DNA of 64,000 bases from Callorhinchus milii (Eukaryota): the NCBI RefSeq assembly GCF_018977255.1, contig NW_024704742.1:136588001-136652000 (forward strand), read 5' to 3'. Below, in pieces: positions 48,606 through 61,276 of this stretch. The number at the start of each line of letters is the position of its first letter. Position 1 is the stretch's first letter. The translations under genes and the position numbers were made by a program. Under the pieces are notes generated by a model. The model saw only the letters and a list, made by a program, of their open reading frames with translations. It did no database searches and had not been told where the DNA came from.

Positions 48606-49610
48606 AATTTACCCCCCTTTAAGCATAGGTCATGTCATCTGGTTTTACTATTCTGGGCAAGTTGAAACAGCTTGTCATGATCTATATTATTTTGCCCCTT
48701 TAGAATCTTAAAGACAGCAATCATGTCACTTCTCAATCTTCTCCTTTCTAGCATGAACATGCCCAATTTATCATCCACAGAAATATTTCTAGATCATTAC
48801 TGGCACTTAACCAGAACCTGTCACTTCATAAATGAATATGCTGAAATGCCTTGCACAATACAGTTAGTTGGAGGTAAATGGTAGTAGTTATCTTAGCCAG
48901 CAATATCCTGCACCCAGTGACATATGCAGTTGATTAACTGGAATTTGGGATGAGGAGTGGAATAAATTGGGAGAAAGATTCCACATCTCTTGTGAAATAG
49001 AGACATGCAGGTCCACCCGAATCACAGGGTAGACTGGACCCAAAGCATAATCATCCCTGGATCCCCAGTGTTAGAAGAATGAGCCAAGAGCAACCATTAG
49101 ACAAGATGGGGCCCTTCAGTCTTGAAAGGAGACATTTCACAGGGGACCTTGTAGAGTGTGTACAATTTTAAATGGAATTGAAAAATTATTTTAAACCCAG
49201 ATTAATAGTTTAAGATGAACCCACACAACCAAGCACAAAGGACAGGGGTTTAGAGTTGCAAAGGGCAATTTCAGGACAGACATCAGGAAGTTTCTCCTTA
49301 TCCAGAGGGCAATTAATGACTGTAACAGTCCCGTTTAGCTAGATAAGCAGCAGGAAAGCCTTGCCAGACAGTGATATCAATTGCAAGCTATTTTAGGTGA
49401 TTAGACTCCAGCAGTTACACCAATGTACATTCTGGGGGCCTCAAGCCTTGGCTCTTGCCAACCTGCACCTATTATTTTCCGGAATGAGGTAAGCAGACGC
49501 ATCCCTCCAGGGAGAGAGAGCGCATTCCATTCCAACAATCTATCTCTGGAATTTCAATGTGTGGATGGGATGCAGGGAATTCTCAGTTTGGTTTGGATAC
49601 TCTTAAGCAC

Positions 49611-50328
49611 GGCCTTCCCGCCACCTCCCTCCACAAGCTGCAGGTCATTCAGAACTCTGCAGCTCGTGTACTGTCCCGCACCAGGCTTCGGGACCACATC
49701 ACTCCCACCCTCGCTCGCCTCCACTGGCTCCCCATCCCCCAGAGGATTGACTTCAAGATCCTCATCCTCACCTACAAGGCCATTCACTGCCTCGCTCCCT
49801 CCTACCTCTCCAACCTACTATCCCCCTACCTACCTGCCCGTACCCTCCGTTCCTCTGGCTCTGGTCTGCTCCACGTCCCCCGCCCCAACCGCCCTACCCT
49901 CGGTGGTCGGGCCTTCAGCCTCTCAGCCCCCAGGCTCTGGAACTCCATCCCCCAGTGCCTTCGCCGCCTCCTCCCTTTCCTCCTTCAAGGCCAGTCTCAA
50001 GACCTTTCTCTTTGACTGTGCCTTCAGCTCCCCTCTCGACTCTCTTCCCCCTCCTCGCTCCCTCCCTTCCCTCCCCTCACCCTGACCATTTCCCCCCTCC
50101 TCGCTCCCTCCCTTCCCTCCCCTCACCCTGACCATTTCCCCCCTCCTTGCTCCCTCCCTTCCCTCCCCTCACCCTGACCATTTCCCCCCTCCTCGCTCCC
50201 TCCCTTCCCTCCCCTCACCCTGACCATTTCCCCCCTGCTCGGGTCATGACCCAACTGTGCAGCGCCTTGGGACGTCCTCCTGACGTGAAAGGCGCTTTAT
50301 AAATGGAATCTTGTTGTTGTTGTTGTTG
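49611..50328 (+). mobile_element. Young 5'-truncated L2 inserted into the unclassified repeat
   Basis: GLPATSLHKLQVIQNSAARVL..LHWLPIPQRIDFKIL; host repeat resumes (atgggtttccac) after (TTG)n. Confidence 0.9.
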
Positions 50329-50566
50329 ATGGGTTTCCACATGTGTCAGACACCCGACTGACCAAAAAAGTAACAACAATCCCATTTAAAATATTGTGAA
50401 TTGAGGTTTCGAATACTGAAGTTTTTGACCCTCATATTTCCTGTTGGCCTTCATTCATCACTTCATTCCCAATGTCCTCTTTTTAATTTTCTAAGTGTAA
50501 TTTCAATCTTGTTTCCTTATAAAATCCACGGCACAAGGCTGATGTTGTGTATATTCCGTCCTTTAG

Positions 50567-50660
50567 TTGAGAACAACCCACGAACGGGGAACTTGCAAGC
50601 TCTGGTTAAGGTTTTCCTCAGCAGAACTAACGAGCTAAAGATCTCAGCTGAATGTCAAGA
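50567..50660 (+). CDS. DYM: DYM coding exon 3 (94 nt)
   Basis: (I)ENNPRTGNLQALVKVFLSRTNELKISAECQ. Confidence 0.96.
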
Positions 50661-51475
50661 GTAAGTATATTAACAAACAAAGCAGAATCCACTCTCCTCT
50701 ACATCTCTAAACGTTTGGTAGAATCCACTGAGGCCTACATCCCTGTTGATAGAATCCACTCTTCCTTATGTCTCTAACTGTTGGCATGTTGAAACCCCAT
50801 CCCCTAGAGAATTTTCACCCACAAAAAAAACACAACACAGAAGGAGGCCATTCGGCCCATCGAATGTTCACTGGCTCCTAGTGCCTTTAATGGGCGGCAT
50901 GCCCTCATTTCTCTGCAAGAACAAAATATACAGTCAATTCACTTTACATTCTATTCTGTGAAGCGCTTTGAAACGCAAGAATTATATTATTATTATAAGT
51001 TCAATACCGCGCCTTTGGTCACCCTTCTGCCCCTACCCTCCCTGCTCTCCACTCCTCCTGACCTAAACCCCAGCTCAGGTCCAAATTCCTGAACGTCCAG
51101 CGCCTTGGGACGTCCTCCCGACGTGAAAGGCGCTGTGTAAATGCCAATTGTTGTTGTTGTCCTGACTGGCCAGATCATCCACCGTATCCCCTCTTCATGT
51201 CCTGCGTGCCTTCCTCCTATTAGCCAGGCTGTGTGCAATGATGACCCTGCGCTTCTTATTCCATTGGCACTCAATGTTAAGCATTATTCACAAGGCTCAT
51301 TGCCTGTAGTTGAATTCACGGCGGTCGCTGTGAGGAATAGTTTGTATTGCAATAACCAAACCCCCTCCCCTCCCCACTCCTTCCCACTGTTTGATGTCCT
51401 CGAACACAGTTTATTTTCCCTGGATATAAATTGTGGCTTGCTGATTCTGCTCATACTTGTGCTTTTTCCCAACAG

Positions 51476-51609
51476 CCAGTTGTTTATCTGGCAGGCCCAC
51501 AATGCCTTGTTTATCATCCGATGTCTACTCAAAGTCTTCATCAGCCAGATGTCGGAGGAAGAGCTGCAGCTCAACTTCACTTATCAAGAGAGGGCGCCAG
51601 CCGCTTATG
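51476..51609 (+). CDS. DYM: DYM coding exon 4 (134 nt)
   Basis: (D)[44 protein letters not shown]. Confidence 0.96.
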
Positions 51610-54381
51610 GTGAGCAAAGGAAAAGAGGCCGTCGTGCTTTCATCTGGAACCGTTTCACAGGAACCGCTGTCAAACTAAGCATTGCTCCTGATGATAATAA
51701 TAATAATCCTCGCATTTGATATAGCCCCTTATCACGACTTTGAGACGTTTCAAAGCACTTCACAGAATATACTGTAAAGTGAATTGACTGTATGGTTTCA
51801 TATGAGAAGGAACCTCAAGCGCTTCACAGGATTTACATAAAGTGTAGTGACTGTACATGTAGGCATACGTAATTGTCAACTTTCACACAGAAAGATTCCC
51901 ACATATCCATAGTCAATGACAGTTGCTCTTAAGGATTATTGACACCTGGAGAAAGTCCCATGTCCCCTGTGTCACAGAATCTTTAGCGTTCATTCGAATG
52001 CGCAGACAGGATGGTTTGTTGCTTCGCCTCCAACAAAGTGGCGCTCCCACTCTAACTGGAGTGGTCAGCCTAGACTGTGAATTCAACGTCCCCATCTGGG
52101 GCTTGACCTTCTGAGTCAGAGACAAGATTTATATCAACTGAGACAGGCCAATATCTGTAGAGTTATATCCTGGTAACAATAATATATTAATAATCCTTGC
52201 AGCATTGACACGTCTCAAAGTACTTCACAGAATATATTGTAAAGTGGATTGACTATATCTAATAGAAAGGATTTAAAATACTAGACTTAACTAATCCTCG
52301 CATTTGATATTGCATCTTATTACATTGTCACAATGTCTCAAAGGGCTTCACAGGATGAAGCGTAGTGATGTATTCTGTTGGCGAATGCGGCAGCCAATTT
52401 TTGCACCACATTATCCTACAAACCGCTAATAAAGGGAGTGATTAATTTTATTTGGGGGATTGTTGGCCAGGACACAGGAAGAAACTCCTTTCTATTCAAA
52501 CAGTGCTATGGGATCTTTTAACATTGACCTGAACAGGCACAGTCAGATCCTCGATTTTATGTTTCACCCGAAATACAGCATCTCCAACCAGTGCAGTGTA
52601 TTGGAGTGTCAGTCAGCCTGGATCATTAGTCCAAAATCGAGGGGCTTGAACCAATCGAGGGGCTTGACTCAGAGGTCACAAGATCGGTTTGGATGAAGAA
52701 GCCCCTTCAGCCCATCCGATCTCACCTTCCAGAACACCCCGTTCCCCCCTATAGAAGGATAAATTAAAGAAGTAAAATGAGCTCCTCCTCCCACCCCAGC
52801 TGAAAATTCTGTCAAACAGCAAAGGGGTGATATGCGTTACAGTAAATAGCTGAATTGTGGTGGTCAGAATACTTTGAGTTTCACTGCACAGCAGCTGTAT
52901 GTTTGCCAGGATTCCTGGCATAATGTCGCTTGGCACTTATAATGCAAACAAGTTTTGTTTATGAGGAGGTCAGTGCAGTTACTGCGCACTATAACCTGGT
53001 GTCCTGGATACTCTGTATATTTTTTTTGTGAAGAAAAGGGCTGGCTCAATTATTTCAGTGGTTTCCGCCGCCGTTGCTGTGTCCTCAACAAAACAGACTT
53101 GTTTACAGTCTCTGCTGGGGCTAAATATTTGTGTTTCAAGTCCTGACAGACGGACATTGGGCTAGAGCAATGTACCCATGACGTGGTGGACTGTCTGGTC
53201 TCTGTGCAATTGTACTGCTATTATTAAGGGGATTCATTACTCCTATTTGCGCCTTTCACGTCTGGAAGACCCCCCGAAACACAGTAACAGTACTTGGTCT
53301 CGGAAAACAGTGGAGCTGACTCGATGGGCTGAATGGCATTCTCCTGTTTCTAAGTTTCTCGTCCTGGAGCGTAGTGGTTAGGGCACTCGGCTCGCAAGCG
53401 AGAGGACCCAGGTTCGATTCCCGGGCAGACCAAAAACTTAGTCAAGTTTCCTTGCTCCACGTGCTTGTGTTTACCTAGCAGTAAGTAGGAACCCGGTTAT
53501 TAGTCAGTTGACCGATCTCTTTCCAGGAGCAATAATCCCATAAAAAAGAAATTTGGACCCAATCCACGCCACGTTTTGGGACGTCCTCCCGATGTGAAAG
53601 GCATGTGTCATTTTGTTGTTGTTGTTGACACTGCTGTGGGCAATTGGCTGCCACTTTTCGCCCATAAAAATATACAGTCAACTCATTGACAGTGAATTCT
53701 GTGAAGTGGTTCGAGACGTCTCAATAGGGTGCATCAAATGCAAGGATTATTATTATATTATATTGTAGTTTGTGAGGACTGAGAGAAGGGAAGGAGGTTA
53801 TGAAACCCAGATCCTCCGACAAAATTATAAAAGAGAAGAGCTTGTCACCTTGTCCTAGGCTTCAATCCTCCAAATTGTGGGACCTTGTGTGTGCAAATGG
53901 CTGTCAGGTTTACCTACGAATATAGTCACTACACTTGACAGTGAAGTGCTTGGAGATGGTTTGACTTGAGGAAGTACAGAATTGCAAGTTCTTTCATTCT
54001 ATTTTCTTTTAACAACTTTACAAACTTAATTGCTTTTGTTGCTAAATAATAATAATAATCCTTACATTCGATAAAACGGTTTATCACGTGGTCAATAATA
54101 ATAATAATCCTTGAATTGATATAGCGCCTAATCATGTCTTAAAGACAATAACAACTTGCATTTATAGAGCGTTCTCCACTCCGGGCGGCGTATCAGAACG
54201 CTTTACAGAATATATTGTAAAGTGAATTTTGTGGGCGAAACCCGGCAGCCAATTGCGCACAGCAGTATCCCATAAACAGTGTGGAATGAGTGACCAATTT
54301 ATTATTAGTATTTTTTTAAGCATTTATTACCCCGGAAAAACGATCCGGCAATCGACTAACAACCAGGTTCCTACTTATTTC

Positions 54382-54705
54382 GTGGAGTCCTGTAGCTCAG
54401 TGGTTAGAGCACTCGCTTTGCAAGTGAGAGACCTGAGTTCAATTCCAGGCAGAGGGCGAAACCTTGGGCAAGTTTCCTTACTCCACACAGAGCCTAATAA
54501 TAATCCCTCCAAAACCAAAAACAATAATAAATTGGTCATTTTCAATCTACGACTGTTTGTGGGACATTGCTGTGCGCAATTGGCTGCCGCGTTTGCTCAC
54601 AAATATACAGTCAATTCACTTTACAGTGTGTTCTGTGAAGCGCTTTGGGACGTCTTCCCGACGTGAAAAGAGCTATAGCAAATGCAAGGATTATTATTAT
54701 TATTA
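54382..54705 (+). mobile_element. Young DeuSINE nested inside an older antisense DeuSINE (~54095-54830)
   Basis: Older copy resumes after the (TTA)n tail (tactgctcagtaaacagagg). Confidence 0.88.
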
Positions 54706-55081
54706 CTGCTCAGTAAACAGAGGTGCGTGGAGTAAAGAAACTTGCCCAACATTTCGCCCTGCTGGGGAATCAAACCCAGGTTTCTCGTTTGCGAGGGAAG
54801 TGCTCTAACCACTTAACTGCAGGACTCCATGTGCTTTCTGTTCTTGTTCTCTGGAACTCTATTCCAGAGTCCCTCCACCTTATCCCTCCGTTGTGTCACC
54901 TTGCTCTCACCTTTAAACTACCTTATGATCTAGCGTTTCAGCCACCTTTACCCTCCTCCTTCAGGTTCCCCCACCCCATACTAACGCTCCCAGTCGGCTC
55001 TGAGAAGTGCTTTGTGATATCCTTGCGATGCTATATAAATGTAGAATTGCATTATTGATGATGAATGCTTTGCTCTTTCAG

Positions 55082-55154
55082 GGGCTGAAGCGGAAGATCT
55101 CCTGGAGGATGTGATGTGCACTCTTGTGCACCTCATCATTGAACTGCCCTTACT
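55082..55154 (+). CDS. DYM: DYM coding exon 5 (73 nt)
   Basis: (G)AEAEDLLEDVMCTLVHLIIELPL(L); tttcag/gtaagt. Confidence 0.95.
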
Positions 55155-58100
55155 GTAAGTCTCTGTGCTAATGTAACACTTCACTTGTGCGCTTTCCTCC
55201 ATAGGTTACAGAGCAAAAATCAGCCATTCGGTCTGAGCTGTGATATTTTCTCTATATTGGACACCTCGTCTAAGCCCAGTCTTCGCTCACTTCCATACCT
55301 GTTAATGTTCTTCATTTTCAATTTAATTTCACTTTAAAGTAATTTATGGATCTTGCGTGAATGGTTTGTGGCAGTGCAGGGCAAGTAGATCACAAGTCTT
55401 CAGAGTTCCCAACAATGTGCCTTTCATAAAATCTTACAAAATTACAAAATTAATAATAATCCCTCCAAAAAAGAAAACAATAATAAATTGGTTATTTTTC
55501 AATCCACGATTGTTTGTGGGACACTGCTGTGCGCAATTGGCTGCCGCGTTTCGCCCACAAATATACAGTCAATTCACTTACAGTCTATTCTGTGAAGCGC
55601 TTTGAGACGTCTAGAAGACGTGAAAAGCGCTGTATCAAATTCAAGGATTATTATTATTATTACAGCACGAAAGGAGGACATTCGGCCCATCATGCCCGTG
55701 CCGGCTCTTTGAAAGAGCTGTCCAACAAGACTCACTCTCCCGCCCTTACTCCAGAGCTCTGCAATTTTTTTTCTTTACAAGTACATATCCAATTCCCTTT
55801 GAGAGCTACTATCGAATTTGCTTCCACCATCCTTTCAGACAGTGGATTCCAGATCGAAACAACTCTCTGGGTAAAAAAAAATTCTTCTTGGCTCACCTCT
55901 GGTTCTTTTATCTCACCACCAAATGACAATAAAACATCCTTACAATGGCCAATGAACATTAAAGGCGCTTTACAAATATAATCATGTTGTTGTTGTAGAG
56001 TGACTATACAGACCAGAATGTTACATGTTTGAATCCCAGTGGGTACTGAGTTAACTTGGCATCTCTGTTTTTTTACATTTGCTACCCATTTAGCATCTGG
56101 TGTATCATATGTAGTCTCTCTGCTTTACTCACTCCTTCCCCTCTTCAAGACCTGTCTCAAAATATATTGTCAAACATCTTTGAGACGTCCTCATGATGTG
56201 GCAAGTGCTGTATAAATCTATATTGTGTATGAGTTAACTTTTCTCCTTTTTTTATAGTTTCCTCTAACTCTGGGAATCCTCCTAATTGCTCTCCCCTGCA
56301 CTGTCTTTAGGGCCAGGGCATTGCTTCCCTTGTGTTAAGACAGCCAGAACTGTGTGGATAACAGTAATGTACAGCTTGTGTTCTATCTGTTGGTGAAGAA
56401 TTACTTCTCCACTGTGGCATTGGCTGAGATCGTTGTGTACTGTGTTGTTGTTTGCAATACAACACAGTGGGAGAGAGAGAGCGAGAGCACTTCATTATAA
56501 TTCCCAGCCTCTCCCCCGCAGGCTTGTACCAAGAGCTGCCCTCAAAGAGCCATTGGACTGAAAGCTATTAAAGTACTTTGTTGTTATTGCTGAATGTCAA
56601 TAAATTCTGCTTTCCAGTGAAATTGGCAGAAGATTTGCATCTGCCTTTTGCCAGCCTCCGCATATAGGCCAACACATTGGGCACAAGGGAAGGAAGGCTA
56701 AATTGCTGCTGTATATCAAGCCAGCAAAGGACTCCATTAGTGGAAGAAGTGTTTTAAAATTTGGTCTTGAATGTAGCGTATTGGTTAGAGCGCTTGCCTC
56801 GTAGTGACAAGTTATCCAGAGTGACAAGTTAGGCATATATATGAATACATAAATAAATGCTGCTGGGATATTGACGATGTGTTAAGGCGCTATATCACAT
56901 GCAGGGATTATTATTATCCTGAAGTTTAAATCCCTTCATTTGCCCGCTCCCTCCTCCCCCCTCTCTACCTCTACTGTGGTCGGTCCTAAACAATAGTCTC
57001 ATTTTTTTAAACAGTTTTCTCGATGCAAAAACGTTTAATTGTGAGTTCTGAACCATCAAATGTGCTGAAGAATGCATTGCAGGTTCGAAGTTCAATAATT
57101 TTCTCTGCAAACAATCTGTTCAGAGCAGCTCAGGCAGACCCCATTGTTTCTTTTTAAGGTTCTCTTGGGAAATGGCTTCATGATGGTAAAAGGTGGGGAG
57201 GAGGGATCAAACGATAAAACAAATTGTTCCTCAGTTTTTCATTAAAAACTCTGGAACAATGAGAATCCCAACAACACCCAGTTATATCACTGTTAACCCT
57301 TGTTGGGAGCCTGGAAAATTTCCAAGTAAGTTGCGTAGGAGTTCTGTAATGGATGGACATGTAAAGTTGGGAGTGTTTGTGGAAAGACACAACAACTTGC
57401 TTTTATAAAACGCCCTTCATGCAGGAAAACATGAAGTGCTTCACAGTCACAAAGTTAGATGCCAAACTAAAATGAAGTGTGTGTGAGTGTTTATGTGTGT
57501 GTGTGTGTGTGTGTAGGGGTGGGAGCGAGTGTCTATAATAATAGCAATCCTGAAATAGGTGGGATGAAGAGGTAGGTTTTTAGGTGGGATTAGACGATAA
57601 ATAGAGAGGCCGAGGGATAGAGGCAGGGAGCTCGAGGTGGATGTAATGACTGAAGGCTTGACCACCAATAGTGGAATATAAAGGCACACAGTTGGGACCA
57701 TTTTTGAATGGACAAATTCAAATTGGGACTTCAAATTGTGCCAGTCGGGCTCATAGGGTTGATAGTAAATCTTTTTACACTGAGGTTTTACAGGATACCT
57801 GATCATAGGTGGTTCCTGAAGACAAGACCACAGTAACATTTGGAAGGGAATTGGGCAAAGGTAACATAATTGGTCATGGGTGAGGGGAAAGAGCAGGGTA
57901 AGCTGGTTTGGAGCCTACATTTTGAGTGTGTGTTTGTGTGTGTGTGTATAAATGATAAGCTATGCAGATTTAGCTGGTCCCCAAGCCTTGGCTCTTGCCG
58001 ACTTATGCCTAATATTAGGTAAGCAGGATGTGCCCCTCCAGGGAGAGAGTGAGAGAGCGCATTCCATTCCAACAATCTATCTTTGGGATTTCCATATGTA

Positions 58101-60659
58101 GGTGGGATGCAGGGAATTCTCAGCTTGGTTCGAATACTCTTAAGAATAGTGATGGGTTTCCGCATATGTCAGACACCACCTGCCTGACCAAAAAAAAATG
58201 TGTGTGTGGGGTTGAAGGGAGGGTTGCTGGAAAGAAGAGAGGGAGAGCTGGCATACTATAGCCCAGTGTGCAGCTTCAGAGGTGGAAAATCTCATCTTGC
58301 TTTAAGCCATCATTGTCATGTCCTGTTTCCCATCAGTGGGTGATTGCCGTTTAGAGCTCGGGCCTCCAGGTTGACATGTGCTCCAGCAACTTGACCTGCA
58401 GGAAGGATAGGCTAAAAGCCTGGTTCCTGTGTGATTTTTAAAATATTTATTTAGATCGACTCTTTTTGGCATTGTTCGTGAATTACATAAGTGCTTTTTT
58501 GAGACTGCGAAATAATGACTCCTTGTTCAAGAAGGGGCGGAGGGAGAGGTTTTGCAACCTCTGTGATTATGGACATAGTTTAACAGCACTTTAATAATAA
58601 TAATAATAATCCTATAATACTATGATGGGTAGCGCCTTATCACGTCTTTGAGATGTCTCAAAGCCCTTCACAGAATATGCTGTAAAGTGAATTGACTGTA
58701 TATTCTGTGGGTGAAACGCAACAGCCAATTTCGCACAGCAGTGTCCCACAAACAGTCGTGGATTGAGTGACAAAATTATTATTTTTTTAATTTATTTTTT
58801 TGAAGCAATTTTGTTGCCCCCAGTAAAGCGATCCTCCAATCGACTTTAACAGCCGGGTCCTTACTTACTGAGTAGGTAAACTGGCGTGTGTAGTAAAGAA
58901 ACTTTCCTAAGGTTTCACCCGGAAATCGAACCCAGGTCCTCTTGCGAAGTGAGCATGCTAACCTATATGTTATAATATGCTATAAATTGCCGTTGAATAT
59001 AGTGATTACTTATAGACAAACACAGCAGCCAGTTTCCACATACAGGTATGAAATGAAAGACCAATTTTATTCAGGGATGAATTTTGTCTTTGGGGAAAGG
59101 TCAGCAACTGCAATCTTCATTTTCAAAGTCCTTCACTCCTCCCTACCTCTGTGACCTGCTTACTCCAAACTGACCTGTGTGCTTTCTCCGCTCAGCGGAC
59201 TCTGGCCTCTTCCATGTCCACCGCTCTTCCTGCCCCACCACTGGCAGTCGGCCCTTCAGCCTCTCCGCCCCGCTCTTTGAAATTCATCCCACATTCCTAT
59301 CACTTCGCCTCCTCCCTTGCCTCCTTTAAGATCCATCTCAAGACCCTCTTCGACTACCCCTTTGGTCACCCTCCTACCCTCACATTCCCTGCCCTCCACT
59401 TCACCTGCTCCCAACCCTCCAGCTCGAGTGTAGAGCCTTGATTGTCTAGTGTATTGGGATGTCCTCCCAAGGCGCTATACAAATATAATTTATTGTTGAA
59501 AGGGCTGCTGCTTTTGAGCATCAGAAATGACAGCTCACCCCACAGGAGCCAGCTTGGCCAGGCTTTTGGCAGGCACAGCCCTTTGTCTTTCCCCTTTGCC
59601 TCCGAACGCCTCATCACCTTGTGTCATCTGAGGGATTGTCGGCCAGGACACCAGGAGAGACAAACTCCCTACTCTTTTCCAATTGTGTCGCGGGATCTTT
59701 AATGTGCACCTGAACAGGCACACATGGCACCTTGGTTTAAATGTGTCATCCAATCAATGGCACCTTTGAAACGCAGTGCTCCCTACACTCCTCACACCCA
59801 GCACCCAGCACCCAGCATTGCACTGGAGCGTCAGACGGAATGCTCTCCGCTGAGCTCCCTGTTTGGTGAGGTAGGACGCAGAGGGAATGGTGGTGGGGAT
59901 GGGTCTGTGTGTGTGCGCTGTGTTGTGTTGTATTTCCTGTGGCAGGAGCAGCACAGTTAGCCTCCAGCAATGGAAATCTGGCCAGGCAGTTGCACAACAC
60001 TGACCACTGACGTGGCCATGTGCCTCCTGTTTACTTTGGTTTGCCGTTCATTAGCGAGTCGAGTTAAGAGAATCCTTTTTTTCCTCTCTCTGTCCACATT
60101 GGCATCGCTCTGATTCCTTACTCATTCCCCATTCAGAACTACTTCACATTAAAGTCTTTCACCGACCCTAACCAGTTTTCTAAAAATAATCTGTTTGCCC
60201 ATTGTTAAAACTGCAGGGATTTCCAGAAGATTTTTCTTTGCTACACAGTGTATAAGGGGAGCTAGGATATATTGTGAAGTGGATTGGCGAAATGCACAGC
60301 AGTGTCCAGCAAACAGTCGTGGATTGAGTGACCAATTTTTTTTTGATGGGTTAATTCCCCAGAAAGTAATTCGACAATTGACTAACAAACGGATTCCTAC
60401 TTACTGTGGTAAGGAAATTTGACTAAGGTTTCCCCCCGTCAGGAATCGAACATTGACGCTATGGGACTCCACCGTTTGGGGTGGTTGGGGGGGAGAAGGA
60501 GGGCAGGAGAATGCGAATAAATTGACGGCTCTTTTAGAGGTCGATCATAGTCATGGACAGAATGGCCTTTTCCTCTGCTGTGAATTTTTGTGTTTGTAAC
60601 TTGTAAGAAAAGGATGCTCCCGCTATTCTCTGTGACTGCTAATAATATAATAATAATGA

Positions 60660-60904
60660 TAATCCTTGCATGTGTCCCACAAACAGTCCTGGATTGAAGT
60701 GACCAAATTATTATTTTTACTTATTTTTTAAGGATTTATTACCTACGGAAAAGCGGCTCCTACCAACCGGGTTCCTACATTTTGCTAGGTAAACAGGAGT
60801 GTGGAGTAAGGAAACTTGCCCAACATTTTGTCCTGCCTGGGAATCAAACCCAGGTCTCCCGCTTACGAGGCGAGTGCTCTAACTACTGAGCTATAGGACT
60901 CCAC
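60660..60904 (-). mobile_element. DeuSINE 5' part, long subfamily
   Basis: Reverse tRNA head (..ctgagctataggactccac) plus internal segment. Confidence 0.8.
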
Positions 60905-61150
60905 AGATGTAATTCTTGATGTCATTCCACCTGTCACTGTCACTGTCACCTTAAGACCTATATTTTGGACTGCACGTTCGGTCAACTTATACCCCTCCCC
61001 ACCATCGGGCCTTCAACCTCTCTGCTCCTTGGAACATCCTCCTAATGTGAAAGGTGCTGTGTAAAACTAATTTGTTGTTGTTATACCAAATGTGTGGGTT
61101 GTTGTAAAATTGTTGTCCACATGTCTGAGTTTGTGACTCTCTGTTTACAG

Positions 61151-61276
61151 AGATATCACCTACAGCATTTTACTGGAATCTGTGACGACGCTTCTCGTAC
61201 TTCTGTCCTACCAACTGTTCCAGAAGGAAATAGCACGAGAAAGTTTCATATACAAGTGTTTGATGCAAGGCCGATG
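61151..61276 (+). CDS. DYM: DYM coding exon 6 (126 nt); gene continues beyond the window
   Basis: [41 protein letters not shown]; tttacag/gtatgt. Confidence 0.95.

Noticed and set aside
50683..50790. Three degenerate agaatccact.. units after the DYM exon
   Set aside because: Ordinary short decayed tandem duplication
51141..51719. 192 aa ORF
   Set aside because: Only 51476-51609 is DYM exon; the rest is intronic open frame
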